Assembly: GCA_964016885.1 (NCBI GenBank)
Contig: OZ024747.1
Location: 16,554,001 to 16,618,000, forward strand
From: Eledone cirrhosa
Taxonomy: Eukaryota
Direction of reading: 5' to 3'
DNA: 64,000 nt
Made by a program: the position numbers and the translations under genes. Numbering within the stretch: the first letter of the stretch is position 1; each line of letters begins with the position of its first letter. This document shows, piece by piece, positions 43,763 to 57,597 of the stretch. Under the pieces are notes generated by a model. It ran no database searches, had not been told where the DNA came from, and saw only the letters and a list, made by a program, of their open reading frames with translations.

Positions 43763-44086
43763 GTATGGATTGACCGAACATTTATTATAATGCTCGGTGT
43801 GTTTGTAAACAAACATCCCGAATTAAGCCGTACAGTGTCTAGCAACCATCGTTGCTCATTTGTTCAACACTGACAAAGGAACGCTGTACTAGTTTCAAGC
43901 TTATTAGCTATCTACGGCTCAATTCGGGATGTTTGTTTACAACACACCGAGCATTATAATAAATTTTTCTGTGAATCCATACGTACATATATATATGTGT
44001 GCATGTATGTATATATATATATATATATATATACATACTGCTCTACGTCTGTATACATATATGTATGTAGGTATACATACTTATAT
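43613..44086 (-). mobile_element. Dispersed copy of the 422-bp-unit fold-back element
   Basis: Forward arm 43613-43911, inverted arm 43912-44086; both match the array unit; (TA)n flanks. Confidence 0.88.
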
Positions 44087-44112
44087 ATATATATATATAA
44101 ATATATATATAC

Positions 44113-44371
44113 ATAAAGAACAAAAAGATGAAATCGAAAATACAACTGGAGTCTTATTTAAAAAAATATATATATATTTATTTGTTTCCTTTACCGGTCT
44201 CGCAGTTCTTCTGTTTTTCAAAAGTAGAGTTGAGAGAGAGGGTTTGTTGTTTTTCTCACATCTGTGAGAAAAACCACAAACTGCGAAACCGGTACACGAA
44301 CCAAATAAATATATATATTGTTTTTTAAATAAGACTCTAGTTTCATTTTCGATTTCATCTTTTTTCTTTAT
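44113..44371. repeat. ~95-bp inverted repeat with inner hairpin (possible Penelope-like pLTR relic or MITE)
   Basis: 44113-44207 is the reverse complement of 44279-44371 with several mismatches; inner stem tttttctcaca/tgtgagaaaaa. Confidence 0.8.
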
Positions 44372-44427
44372 ACTTTCACTCGTGTAGGACACCTCGGTTA
44401 TTTTTCATTTTGTAAAAAAAACCTAAC

Positions 44428-44482
<55 letters not shown>

Positions 44483-44968
44483 AATATAAAGATTTATATA
44501 TACATAACGTCACAGATATATATCTGGCAACCGGTCACGTTGTGGTTCAATGAAGAATTAATAAATTAAATAATCAGAGCAAACATTTATTTTTCTTAAA
44601 TATACACAGTCAAATAAAAGAACATATAAAACAGCCCGTAGGAGATACAATTAAACATATAAAACAACTAAGTGAACATATATCACTCTATATATTAGAA
44701 AAATATGACACGCTTTTAATGACGCTAGGAATTACACCCCAAACGCGTTTAAAGCATGTAAATCTGCTCAGCATGAAGTATTAGCAAATATCAATCAAAA
44801 CGCTGTAATATATACAGACAGAATATTTATTTTTCTCCCCATCATAATTTTCTAATCCATATTGTCTGCATAAATGAAGTGATGCACAATGTCATTATCT
44901 ATGTATCTATTTATTTATCTATCTAGTTTAGTTTCTGTTCCACTTTCTCTCCGAATCTCTCTCCCACT

Positions 44969-45007
<39 letters not shown>

Positions 45008-46867
45008 CAACAATTCACAAGACAAACACATCTTTGGAAAATGCTATCTAGCTCTAAGGAACATTTATATTGGATAGGTTCATAACCACGTTTGTAACTT
45101 CATCTCATCAAAGAAAATAGAGAGTGTGAGAAACTAACCATATTTGTATGTTAGATTGGTCTCTATAGCAAATTTAATTGAACCTACGAAATTAACCTTT
45201 CATTGACCGGGAAATAATTAGTACCAACCTTTACAACGACCTTTATCAGTATAAATTAGTATAATTAAGTAAAAGTCAGTTTCATATGGTGTTTTGTCCC
45301 CATAAAACCAAGTGCCCTGGACAGTGAAAATTGTCCGTAAGTTTGGTAATACTGCAAAATGTGCTATCATCTAGATAATTCATTTACTTCATTCCAATAA
45401 CTGAGTTCAGAAATTCCAGTCAACTCTCGTTTAATTTAATTTATTACATCTAATTGAAGCTAATGATTGGAATTAATATTTTACAACATTGCAGAAGCTT
45501 CAGCAAATAAGGAAACAGCAAATCAAAGAAGAATTCCAAACTTAACATATATACTGTAGAACTATAACACTATTTCTCGACATACGATTAATTCACTTTA
45601 TGTTTGTTTCAGTTTTTAAATTAAAACTAATAACATAATTAGTCACCAGTGGAAGGTAATTTCGGTACGACTATATTCCATTTACTCACAGTTCGAAGAG
45701 CTAAATTAGATTTCGCAATAACTTTTGACGAAGTTATCAATTTAACTTCACAAATTAATATATGTTCGTGACACTAAACATCTTGAAGCAGTGAATGGAA
45801 ATTCAACAATAGAACTGTGGATGATTTCTGAAATATACTTTGCACAATGATGTTATACTGTGTTTGATTCTGTTTGTTTTGGAAAATATGTTGAAATTAA
45901 CGAAATGTCTATAAAACCCCCAATATAATTTTTCAAAGCAACATATCGGGAATAGTTAGATCATGCTTGTTGGGTTACTAAGTAATTGTGGATTTTCCCT
46001 CGGTAGAACTGTGATATGTCATAGCTTTATTATGAAACATGTGTTAGAGAAGCGTTATGAAACGATATACACTTCGGGAAAAACAATATAACTTACGCGA
46101 GTAGCGTCAATACCTTAGCGATCGGCTTTATCCCTTCTTTGGTTGATTTAATCACATGCTTTCAATTTTATTTATTTTCCAGTAATATGAGGCATTCAGC
46201 TTACTTGGAGAACATTCTGAATTTGCCATACCCCTGTATAGGTATTGATATAGCGTTATACTATTAGAAGGTATGTAATTTAACATGATATGTAAACTAG
46301 GTAGTGATATAACATCCTTACATCTGTATTAACCCTATAACATGTTATCGTTGTATATTCTATATTTTTCCGTAGCAAAAATATCTGATAGTATGTTCAA
46401 CATGTGCAACAAACTAGCAGGTTTTATGTGAATGATTAATAATTTAATAGCATGCCTAAAGATTTACAACGCTGAAAGGTTTTATTTTCACATATCTTAA
46501 GAAACCTCAGATACATCTTATCGTTATGTTCATTGACTTTCATGCCGTCCGTGATTTCTATTTTAATCTCAATACATTTAATCTTTTTAATCTTTTTGTT
46601 TAGCTTTTTCTTTTGTTCTGTTCTTACGCTTCGTATGAAAGCAATGTTCTATTATACAAATTTGACAATAACAATGATTGAAATATATTTGCGTGTCATT
46701 ACGTAACAGAGATGAAACATGGGAAATATATGGTTGAAATAAAATAGATATCAAATTCGATGGAGATTAAGCAGACATGAAATATCAATTACAATTTATG
46801 GAGCAAAGGTTAAATATGAAATTATACAAAGTCGCAATAATAATGACCCCTGGTTTAAATTTAAATA

Positions 46868-47075
46868 ATATTGGTTTCTAATTAAGGCGCAATGGCAGTA
46901 CGTTTTGAGAGCAGGGCAGCCTCGATTAACTAAACACCAATAGGTGATTGTTACATTATTGTAACGAATCCGAAGGGATGAAAGACAACAGAGTTATTTG
47001 AACTCAGAATGTAAACAGCCTGAACAAATAACGAAATGGCAATTTATCAGACGCTCTATAATCTCTAATCCACAA
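46868..47075 (-). mobile_element. Old diverged SINE family 1 copy
   Basis: ggtttctaattaaggcgcaatggcag...gaagggatgaaagacaa...tttgaactcagaatg. Confidence 0.55.
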
Positions 47076-50000
47076 ACGTTTTAGGAAAAATTAAAAACGA
47101 AAAATGAAGGAAAATTGCATGAAAATATTTCAGTGTTAGAAAAATCGATATTTAATCAATTTAAACTGATATATTTTTCTATTCTAGTTGAATTTCCCCA
47201 GTTTGTTGTCTAAAGTGAACACATGCTTATTTTCTGGTGCATGTTATCCTGCGAAACATTTTGGTGAAGCTTTAATAATTATAGTTTTGTTGGGGGATGA
47301 CCTGATATTTATTTTCAAACGTTGATATAATGATGCTATTGTGTTTCTTTAATATTTTTACCCAATTCTTTTTTCATTGTACTGTTAGCCACATCTACGT
47401 GAAATGTATTATGTAACCTCGAATACATTTCTCAAAATACGCTTTTCTAGACGTTCTAGGTTTGGTCTGAAATTGTATATATTTATATTAGTTGTGTTTT
47501 GCTTTCTCGAATAAGAATATTTTTTTCTATATTATGCAGTTGTATAAACTGGATTATAATTACTATAATTGTTTAGATTATTTGTTATAGAAACATATTC
47601 AAATATTTTTATGGCAGTCTATCTGCTTTATTATAATTGCTGCAAGTATGATTATCAGCACAGAACGTCATGTGGTTGCCTCCTTTATTTATGAATTGTA
47701 TTTTTTTTTCACAAAAATAATTCCTGACCAAATACAAATAAAAGTGATGTTAGCTAATGCGTGGTTTAAAGTTTGCATGTGCTTTTCAGCACTGTATTCA
47801 CATCCAGCTTTGCAATTAGCAATTAATCGATTTGCATAATATTTATAACGGTAATGGTGATAGGGACTTGGCGGTGATTTTTGAAGACTACTAAACGTTA
47901 CTGTGCTGGAGCAATAACAATTCTACTCGATATCGGTTTCAGCTGATTTGGATATATGCCTAGACAAAATATTCTAGCGTAATGAGGGTATGAAAACAGC
48001 CTAACTTCATACGGAAATGAAACTGATCTATTCTTAAGTTTGCCAAGAAAAGTGATTTCTCTTTGCTATGCAGCGCTTGCAAATATATTTGGCTATGTTG
48101 CTTTCTTCAAAAGAATTGCGTAAATCGTTCTGACTTCACGGCAAAGACTTTTTGATATGTGATATTGTTATTTTACTTTATAACATTATCAACATAAGTG
48201 AAGGTATTTTCCATGAATTAACTCACATTGCCGGTCATTTCTAATCTTACCTACTCCAAGCTTATGATGCTTACAATTCTGTTCACAATAGCATTGCAAG
48301 AGTTTGGAAAAACAATCGTCGAATTATCAAAAAAAAAATGATAAATACATATAAAAGCAGCATGATAATGTATATATTTGTTATTGCAAGTTAGATTAAT
48401 TTACATATAGATACTAAACAAATGTCTTGATACATAGTATCAAAATAACAGATATGCAAAATTTCAATAACGCAACAGATTTCTTTAAATTTAGGAAGAA
48501 AAATCGAACATACAGTCGATTTATGTATTTTACGAAAGTTTAATCATGTTAAATATGTTGTTTATTATATCAAAATTCAAAGCAAATAACAGTCTATAGC
48601 CCATAGCACCTAATAAAGCTTGGTAAAGACTACGAACGATGAGTTCATTAGGCATGTATTAATATTAAAAATTCAAATATATTACGCAAGTTGTAAAATA
48701 CAAGCATTGGTGTTTTATTTATAAAATATTATGAATTTTATCTCCCGTGATATGAAATGAAAGGTTTTCAAAAACACTTTATAATGTTACCCTTATATAT
48801 AATTGATAGGTGCATAAACATGACTTAGTTATGTATAGATACACCTCATTATGTAAAAGTTTTGTTGTAATCGACTGTCTGCCAAACTGATGTCACTGGA
48901 AAAGCGCTTATTCAATTAAAGAAAATTCATTGTATTTTTTATCAGAATCTATTCAAATGCATTGTAAAGGTTAGTTGGATTTTTATGTCTAAAAATGTGA
49001 GAAATACGAAAAAGGTTATAACAATTATATACTAAAATTAGTTTGCCCCTACTCTATTTATATTACATTCTGATTATAGAGTGGAGAGTATGGGGTATTA
49101 TTTTTCTGCTAGCGCATATTTTCTTTAAATAGCGTGTCAAAATTTAATGGAAACTTGTTTAAGATTTAAGCTAGACACGAACATAGACAAAATAGCTTTC
49201 AGTAAAAAAACGCATATAACAAACACATCAATCCTCAGGATAAGAATACACATATAAAGGAAACATTGATGACATTATTTACTCATACTCAGCCAATTAC
49301 ACGTATATATACATATACCATCTGTACGCACGCATTACATGTCCAAACAAAAGGACACATACACCTACGCTGTCTAGAAGTTATATCCAAAATGTCGCGT
49401 ACGCAATTGAAAGTATTCTCAATTTAAATTCTATATAAAAGATTTTCGCTTGTTTCCATCTTTACATACACACTCTCCCTCTCACTCACACACATGCACA
49501 TACAAACACACAAATACGCATATATATATATATGTATATATAACATTTCCAATTTATTTACTTGGTTGCTCATTTACAGTGTTTCTCTTAACCAATCTCT
49601 CTAATATACCAATATCTTTTCTCACTTCGAATCAATTCAACAATGAATCATCGCATCGGATTACTTTCATTGGTACGACTATTGATGAAACTTTTTAGAA
49701 GTTTTGAATTATTTTCCATTGAACTTCTTTCATTGACACTACTTTGCGTCTCAATCCAATTCATCAGTCCGTGTATTAGATTTTTTTATCTTATTGTATC
49801 TCCATTGTTGGAAATGTATAAACACAAAAGTTTAATACATTGCTGTATTAGCCAATCCAGTTGAACATTTTGCGGATAGGATTGTTATATTATTCAGAAT
49901 TTGTACTTCAAAAGGCAAGACCGGTCTCCTAAGGATGAGGTTAACTGAACTGATAAATGTGAATAATTAAGTTACTCAAGTTTAAATTAGATATATTTTC

Positions 50001-50169
50001 TATGTTTTTATACACAGCTATACATTCTACCTAATGGAAGAGATATTCTTATGATACACGTATACTTAGGTGTGTGTAATTGGTGTTCCGTGTGTTAACT
50101 GTATTTCCTATCTTTTTAGCTTATGTATGTGTTCATCATCCTAAAACCTACCTGTCTATAGATCTATCT

Positions 50170-50176
50170 TTTTTTC

Positions 50177-50219
<43 letters not shown>

Positions 50220-50232
50220 ATCTCTATCTATC

Positions 50233-50263
<31 letters not shown>

Positions 50264-50282
50264 GCATCTCTCTCTCTCTCTC
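50170..50282. repeat. (CT)n/(CTAT) microsatellite
   Basis: Directly visible. Confidence 0.9.
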
Positions 50283-50587
50283 ATTCTATATATGCACACA
50301 TATAGACATATATTTATATTTGCATGCGTGAAGTATTTGTAATTATGCATGAATGAGTGTATGTATATTCAATAAGCATATTTCTATGCATGCCTTTCAG
50401 CTGAAAACTAAGACACTAACACTGAGTTTTGACGCGTAATCTGACCACTGTGTGGAGGATGTTAAATTAAATTATGGATTCATAGATATGGATTTGATAT
50501 GCGATTTATTGGTTGGGGGCCTGATTAGTATAAACTTAATAACAAATAAAAAGTGGAAATATAGAGATAGAATCATTGAGTGGGAGA

Positions 50588-50742
50588 TTAATTGTTTCTA
50601 CTTTTGGAACAAGGCCAGCAAATATCCAGTACATTACTGGTACTTTATTTTATCGACCCCGTAAGGATGAAAGGCAAAGTTAACTTCGACGGGATTTGAA
50701 CTCAAACCGTAAAGGGACGTAACTATGCTAGAAAGCATGGCG
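50588..50742 (-). mobile_element. tRNA-derived SINE family 1, 5'-truncated
   Basis: gtttctacttttggaacaaggccagcaa...tactggtactttattttatcgaccccgtaaggatgaaaggc. Confidence 0.85.
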
Positions 50743-51439
50743 TGGGAGATTAATGACAGAACATTAGCAGGCGAAAGCAAAATAAGGCAATCATCAAATT
50801 AAAATTAAATTTAAAATACCATATTTTTATGCAAGGAAGGTAATTGACGTATATATACAGGAAACTTCATGTGGTAAAGACATGAAAAATGCAGTCGACC
50901 TACAAAACAAACGCACCCAGTACACACTGTAAAGTGGTTGGTGATACGATGGTTGGTGATACGATGTAGAAAAAAAACAGACAATATGTAGAAGACACCT
51001 GATTAATTTTCCGCTTAGCATGGTTTAAACTATGATCATGTGGTTGGAAATAACCTCTTTAATGACACAGCTATGCTTACACTTTCACTGTATGTAAACT
51101 GGAAATATAACTATCCTTTCTAATTAAATAAAATACTTTCTCTACTGCAAATTCATGTGCGGATAAAACCCATTAAGATTTCAAACGCCGAATGAATTAT
51201 TTACAAATTATCCTTTTCATAGAGCCAAATCAACTTATACCACAATTCATGTTGGATTATGTCTCTCGATGCAGACGTATAACACCATTTTCTTGTGGTT
51301 TTGGATTCTAAATTACAATTTAAAAAAATGTGTGACGCCGTTTAGATTTTAACTTGTCTGCTCATTGCGTTCAACATTAAAATGTTTATATTTCTTAAAG
51401 AATCGGATGTGCTTTACATACATACAGGCATAGATAATA

Positions 51440-51732
51440 ATGATGTGTATAGAATATTATATTAATAAAAGGAATTCCAACTTTGTCTAATTTAGTCGTT
51501 TTATTTACAATCCTTTAAAATTATAATGATATTATAATGAAATAGTATGGTAGAATATTGAATGTTAATTGAACAAGTACTTTCATGCTTTCGCAATCTG
51601 CAGGTTCATGTTCTGTGATGACAGTCAGGTTTGCAATGTTCAACTGTGTATATATGTATATATATATTATATATATATATATTATATATATTATATATAT
51701 TATATATATATATATATAAATATATATATATA

Positions 51733-51765
<33 letters not shown>

Positions 51766-51770
51766 GTATG

Positions 51771-51801
<31 letters not shown>

Positions 51802-52021
51802 TACATATATACACAGTTGAACATTGCAAACCTGACTGTCATCACATAACATGAACCTGCAGATTGCGAAAGCATGAAAGTGCTTGTTCAATTAACATTC
51901 AATATTCTACCATACTATTTCATTATAATATCATTATAATTTTAAAGGATTGTAAATAAAACGACTAAATCAGACAAAGTTGGAATTCCTTTTATTAATA
52001 TAATATTCTATACACAATCAT
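51440..52021. repeat. Long near-perfect palindrome, ~230-bp arms around an AT-only spacer
   Basis: 51444-51670 is the reverse complement of about 51790-52016, with 3 substitutions seen by eye. Confidence 0.93.
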
Positions 52022-52224
52022 ACACACCCATGTGTTATGGAATACGGCTCACAATCGTAAGGTCATGCGTTCGATTCAGTGCGGCGTGTGTTGGGTCCCT
52101 GAACAAGATATTGTGTATAATCCATAGTAGATATTGATCAGACTGGTGAATCAACCCGTGTATGTTACATATAATATAAATATATAATATATATAAAATG
52201 CATATATATATATATATAATAGTC

Positions 52225-52422
52225 GATCGACATTCGTCAAATCGAACCGAGGAAACAATGTTTCCGTTTATCTTTCCAGTTGCTAATACTATATATCGGT
52301 CGCAGCTCCAGGGAACCACGTGAAATAAAGTGTCTTACTCAAGGACATAACGCATCACCCGGTCCAGGAATCGAACTCACAACCTCAAGATTGCGAACCG
52401 ACTTCTCTTACCACTCATCCAT
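52225..52422 (-). mobile_element. CORE-type tRNA SINE family 2 (a degenerate + strand copy lies at about 52045-52130)
   Basis: Minus strand tggatgagtggtaag...gagttcgattcctggaccgggtgatgcgttatgtccttgagtaagacactttatttcacg. Confidence 0.82.
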
Positions 52423-53459
52423 GTATAAGGTGTAATATGTATATATATATTACACCTTGATGTATAGAACCAGTAGGATTGAATCATATGTGTCACAAAT
52501 AAAACCAAGTACGTTAAATAGAACGTCAATGAATTTATTCCGATGCTCACTTATTCGATCGATTCACCATACTGAATTTCTCTGACTTAATTTCTTCCAA
52601 ATATAAATTAACGTGGAAGCACGAAAGAATTCTGTAAACATTCTAAACGATGCTTTTGACTATCTATAATACTTGAAGTGACACAAAATGTCATGTCATG
52701 AAGCTTTTCCAATTTACCCAATCTTTGATGCATGAGCATCATACTACGTGTCCGTGTCATGCATTGGAGATTTTCAGATTAACTCGACTTTAATTACCCG
52801 ATATCGATTGCTCAATCATTTTAATATTAATGTGTTTACAATGCGAGTGACAGGTGATCTGTTAATTCCAATACACATATTCCTGATTGACTAATATGAG
52901 CGATGGAAATCACAGTATACATGGTAGGAATATCAACTACATTATATTATTTGAATTCTGGCACTCCATACGAATGCTTCATGGCGTATTTGAGATTTCA
53001 CAAAAATTCTATTTTTTTTTCGTTTACAGATATAAGAGATCAGCTTGAGGCAAGATGAGAATATTAAGTTGCAAATTATGAGCATACTAATAACATGTTG
53101 CTGTTTCTTTTCAACATAGTTATAGCAGAGTTTTAATTCGATAGTTATGTCGACATCATACCTTATGTTTCCTTTCATATAAATTATAGAGCTTTAGTGC
53201 CAAATCCAAAGGATACAATTATACAACCCTCTGACTGACGAATGTATGTTATTGGTGTTGTATTTTGAAATATTGTATCGGTTGATAGACCCATATATCA
53301 TAGCATAACTCTTTGGATAACGCGTATTGTTGATCATTTCCGAAAAGATTTTGCGGCAGGCGATGTGAACTAAAATAAATGTAACTAAATTTATATGGCC
53401 TTCTGTTTGTCAAAGATGGGTACATGCTAAACATGAGACGATGTATAATGACAAATAGA

Positions 53460-54560
53460 ATTTATAATATTTCTAACACTAGTAAATGCACCATGGTAAG
53501 TGAAGCGTGTTTAGTAATACTCATTGTAGTTTAAAGTAAGAGTGTATCTTGTTACATTTTGGTTAAAATGAACGAAATCCTCCGTCATTTCCACATTACC
53601 AAGAACAATTCTGATGTACAGAATGCATTGTCAACAACTTGGACCGAACCCTGATATTTATCAGGTCCCTTCCAAGCTCATTTACATATTATTCGGCGCC
53701 ATTTATAAGTTTCTCTTAAACGAAGACAAAATGCAAAAATCGCCAGAATTATGACTGAGGGATATCACTGAGAATAGAAATGTAGCCATATATCTCCAAT
53801 AACTGCAAGAAACAGATTTTTTTTGTGCAAACAAAATACATTGATTTTATAATGCGAAAATACAACATCCCGACGTTTATATAGATGAAATTGTTTCTTT
53901 ATACGAAACAGATTCCAATAAATCAGCTTAGTACTATAGTCAAGCATACTCAGACGAAGTAAAAGACAATATCGATAAAATATCTGTTAATTCATATAAC
54001 CAATTTTCAATCTACGTTCTTCTAATCCGGTGTTTTAGTATTAGATAAATATTTCCATAGCGTAATAAGCCCTATAAATAGAAACAGTTAAACTTCTGTA
54101 CTCTTCCAGACAGAGTTCTGCACAGATAAGAGCATCAAACAGAGCCAAATTAAAAAATATTCGCCTAAAAAATGTTAGTTGCCTCTCGTATCGCCAAACC
54201 AATTTAAAATAGATTTTGTATCTTCTGATATTATTCTCTTATTACTACAAGACTTGCACATCTAACGAGTATTGAAAGAGTAGTATATATTTAGATTTAT
54301 TTTCCTTCGAAAATTTAATGTATGTGCTGATTTACCAAGGGTAGAAGGTAAATTGATGGTTTATCTTGATTGAGCTCTCAACACTCAATTGACAGCATGC
54401 CCTTTTGATATGCTGTAGAGCCATTCTTCAAATCTCTCATGTTTGTGTGCCAAATCCCGAGATCTACACTCCACTTTTGATGTCGTCTGTCCATAAATTC
54501 TCCTCTCTATATTGCCCTTTATAGGTTGGCCTTTCGAAGGTCAATTGATCTTGTTACATG
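53460..54560 (-). mobile_element. Possible highly decayed LINE remnants
   Basis: Minus-strand peptide scraps such as LWTDDIKS (RTE C-terminal-like) and QGSV; very degenerate. Confidence 0.3.
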
Positions 54561-56742
54561 GTTACATTATTTGAATTGTGTTTTATGTATTCAATGCTTT
54601 GAAAATGTCTTCATGTAAGCCTATTACTGGATAATATTGATAGGATTAACGTGAATACGGCTTTAGTAATTATTTCTTTTGTACTGCAAATATATAAACT
54701 TTAGTGTAAATTTCGTGGAATTTTAACTTCGTATCCTACAAGGGCAACCCTTAATATTGTATAATACCTATCTACCATTTCTAGCAAGACAAAATACTCT
54801 AACGAGCGATATCCAGTTTCGGTACAAAAAGTATTCATAATTATAAAGTATATCGACTGCAAACACATTTCCTTTTACAAGATAAAAGTAAATGTCTTGC
54901 TAATGGATTTACAAGTAATTTTGCAGCGCAAAGTTAAGTATCAAATTAGTAAATTGTTTCAGCTCATCATTAAGAATCACTTTGCCTACACATGTTTTCG
55001 TCATGAGAAAACAAATGTTGTTAATGTCCATCCGGAAATTAAACTTCATATTATTTGTTCTGAAATTAAACAGAACTCTTTAGAAATAAAAGATAAATTC
55101 CGTCTACTCAAACGTTCATATATGTTTTCACAATCAACCGTGTTAAATCAAAAGATATATAATTATATCATTTTATCCTTATCCATACTCAATATTGTTA
55201 GCAAACAATAATACGGATTGAAAGAGAGTATATATTCGCGTTTAGATGTAATCTACACCAGATCGCATATATCAGAAAACAGATTGATCTGAATGTACTA
55301 TATAATAGCTGTGGGAAGGAGTAACCAGTTAAGGCGACGTCAACCTAATTTATTTTCAGTTGTAAGTGTTCGACAACTGATGAAAACGGACTGAACGTCA
55401 AAGACTCAATGATATCGTCAGTAACTTGATATTAATTCATGACAATGAGAAAAGCTGTTACGAGATTACCAACTAACAAACTACAATATACGTTCAATAA
55501 TATTTCGTGTACTTGACGTCATGTGACACTTTGTAATGTAACTATGGCAATTGAGATAGGAATATCATACTAGCCAACAAAGAAGAATACAATGGGCTAT
55601 GTTTGCTGGAAAAGACAAGTAATTATCCTTCATATTAAATAGGGAACACACCATATAGCCCTAAAACATTACAATTTTACAGCTGTAAATGTTTTATTAG
55701 GGTTGGTGTGCGTCTAAGCATCAAAAGTACTAACTGAAATATGATTTTCTTTCAAGTACTCTTCCTGAAAATAAGAAAGGATGGAGAGATAATAACAATT
55801 TCAAATGTGCAACTGTATTTCTTTTCGTTTATGTTCGTTCGTTGTTCAATTTGTGTCAGACTATACATTCATAAAACGGCGGCTGAACAAACAAATACCA
55901 TTATCGATCATATGAATCGAACAGACAGTGATAATTAAGTTGTTGTGTTTATACTAAACATGATGAATTCTTTTTTAGTGTGCTACAGAGGAAGAAGAAA
56001 CATTGACATGTTGATTCTGGGGAATATAATAACATTAGGTTAGAAATTAATGATAGTCTTTAATTACTACTTAACCTATGTTCAGATTGCATTAAGTAGA
56101 CATGCTATCAAAAACATTGTAACTTTGACGCACAGGTAGGGCGAGGTAGGGCGACGTTAATAATGTATGTCCTACCATGAGCCACCAAACTGTGGTTTGT
56201 GGGGAGAGCTGCCTGCTATTTCTATCACGTGGAAAGATCACACAGAAATGTCTTCAGTGTGTCAAAAGTCTCAATGGGTAAAAGCGTATTTCGAGGATGA
56301 TACAATTTAATTTGAATTTCTGAAATTCAATTTTACAAAATATTTTCCAAATCAAACGAACGCCATGACAGATATATCATTTAAGTCATGTAAATGTTAC
56401 AATGCAAGCGAGAAATCCATTACTCTTGGACATAACTAAGTTACTTTCGGTTGGTAGACAGGTTAACTGTACATTTGATTAGAAAGTCATTTAAAGTATT
56501 CGACCTTGAATGTCAATTCCATTGACATATATGAGCTTAATAAAAATAGTAAATCGCGCTCAGGGTAAATGAAGGATGAATCATGATGTATTTGAAACGA
56601 TTTAAAGAAAAGTGTTGATAATATTAGACAAATGCTCTATATAGATTTATATAGTTCTCCATCTCTCTCACAGTGAAGAGAATGGATATTGTGAAGATTT
56701 TAAGTGGGTATTGTAATTTAATTTGGGTCATTATTATTAAGA

Positions 56743-56938
56743 AGTGGATTGGTAGTATCGGTAGAGGGTCAGACGCCATGCTTTGCAGCAAAGAGTTACG
56801 GCCCTTTATGGTCTGAGTTCAAATCCCGCTGAAGTTAACTTTGCCTTTCATCCTTACGGGGGGGTCGATAAAATAAAGTACCAGTAATGCACTGGGTAAT
56901 TGCTAGCCTTGTTCCAAAAGTAGAAACAATTATTATTA
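56743..56938 (+). mobile_element. tRNA-derived SINE family 1
   Basis: Full head/body/tail; ttattattaagaag appears on both sides (TSD-like). Confidence 0.88.
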
Positions 56939-57500
56939 AGAAGACTTGATATTTAGATTAATATTGTTCTTAGACGACATAATTAAATTCGGTGTGAGCG
57001 ATATCATACAGACTCGGGTATAAAGCACTGCTACATTGAAGGGTAAATGGCATTAAAATAAGTGGCACCATAATCAAAAGGTTGTGCCATTGAATACCAT
57101 CCTCTAATATTTCATATCTAGTCATTTCATTGTTGGAAGTTATTTCTAAGCAAATTTCTTTACTACTTTCATTTGTTTGAATTATATCACTGGAACGTTT
57201 GTTTTAGACACACGCAGGTGATTAGACATCCATTAAACATCTAATGTATATTTATTCTTAATGCTCTCCCAAACAAAATTGATAATAGAAATATTTGTGA
57301 CGTCATACTTATTGCCATAAGGAAACCACTATTTCACTTAAGAGATTTAAAATGAATCTTGTTTAATTCGATAAAATCCTTTCGCCAAAATTTGACTAAT
57401 ATGAATAACAATGATTATTATGTTTTGAAGTAAATGATTTGCGAAAAGGCATAATAAGATTATACACGAAACAACCACTAAGAGAAGGAACATGAAGGTA

Positions 57501-57591
<91 letters not shown>

Positions 57592-57597
<6 letters not shown>

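Noticed and set aside
51850-51880. Hammerhead-like ctgcaga...gaaa in the palindrome arm
   Set aside because: The core is CUGCAGA rather than CUGANGA and there is no room for stem II.
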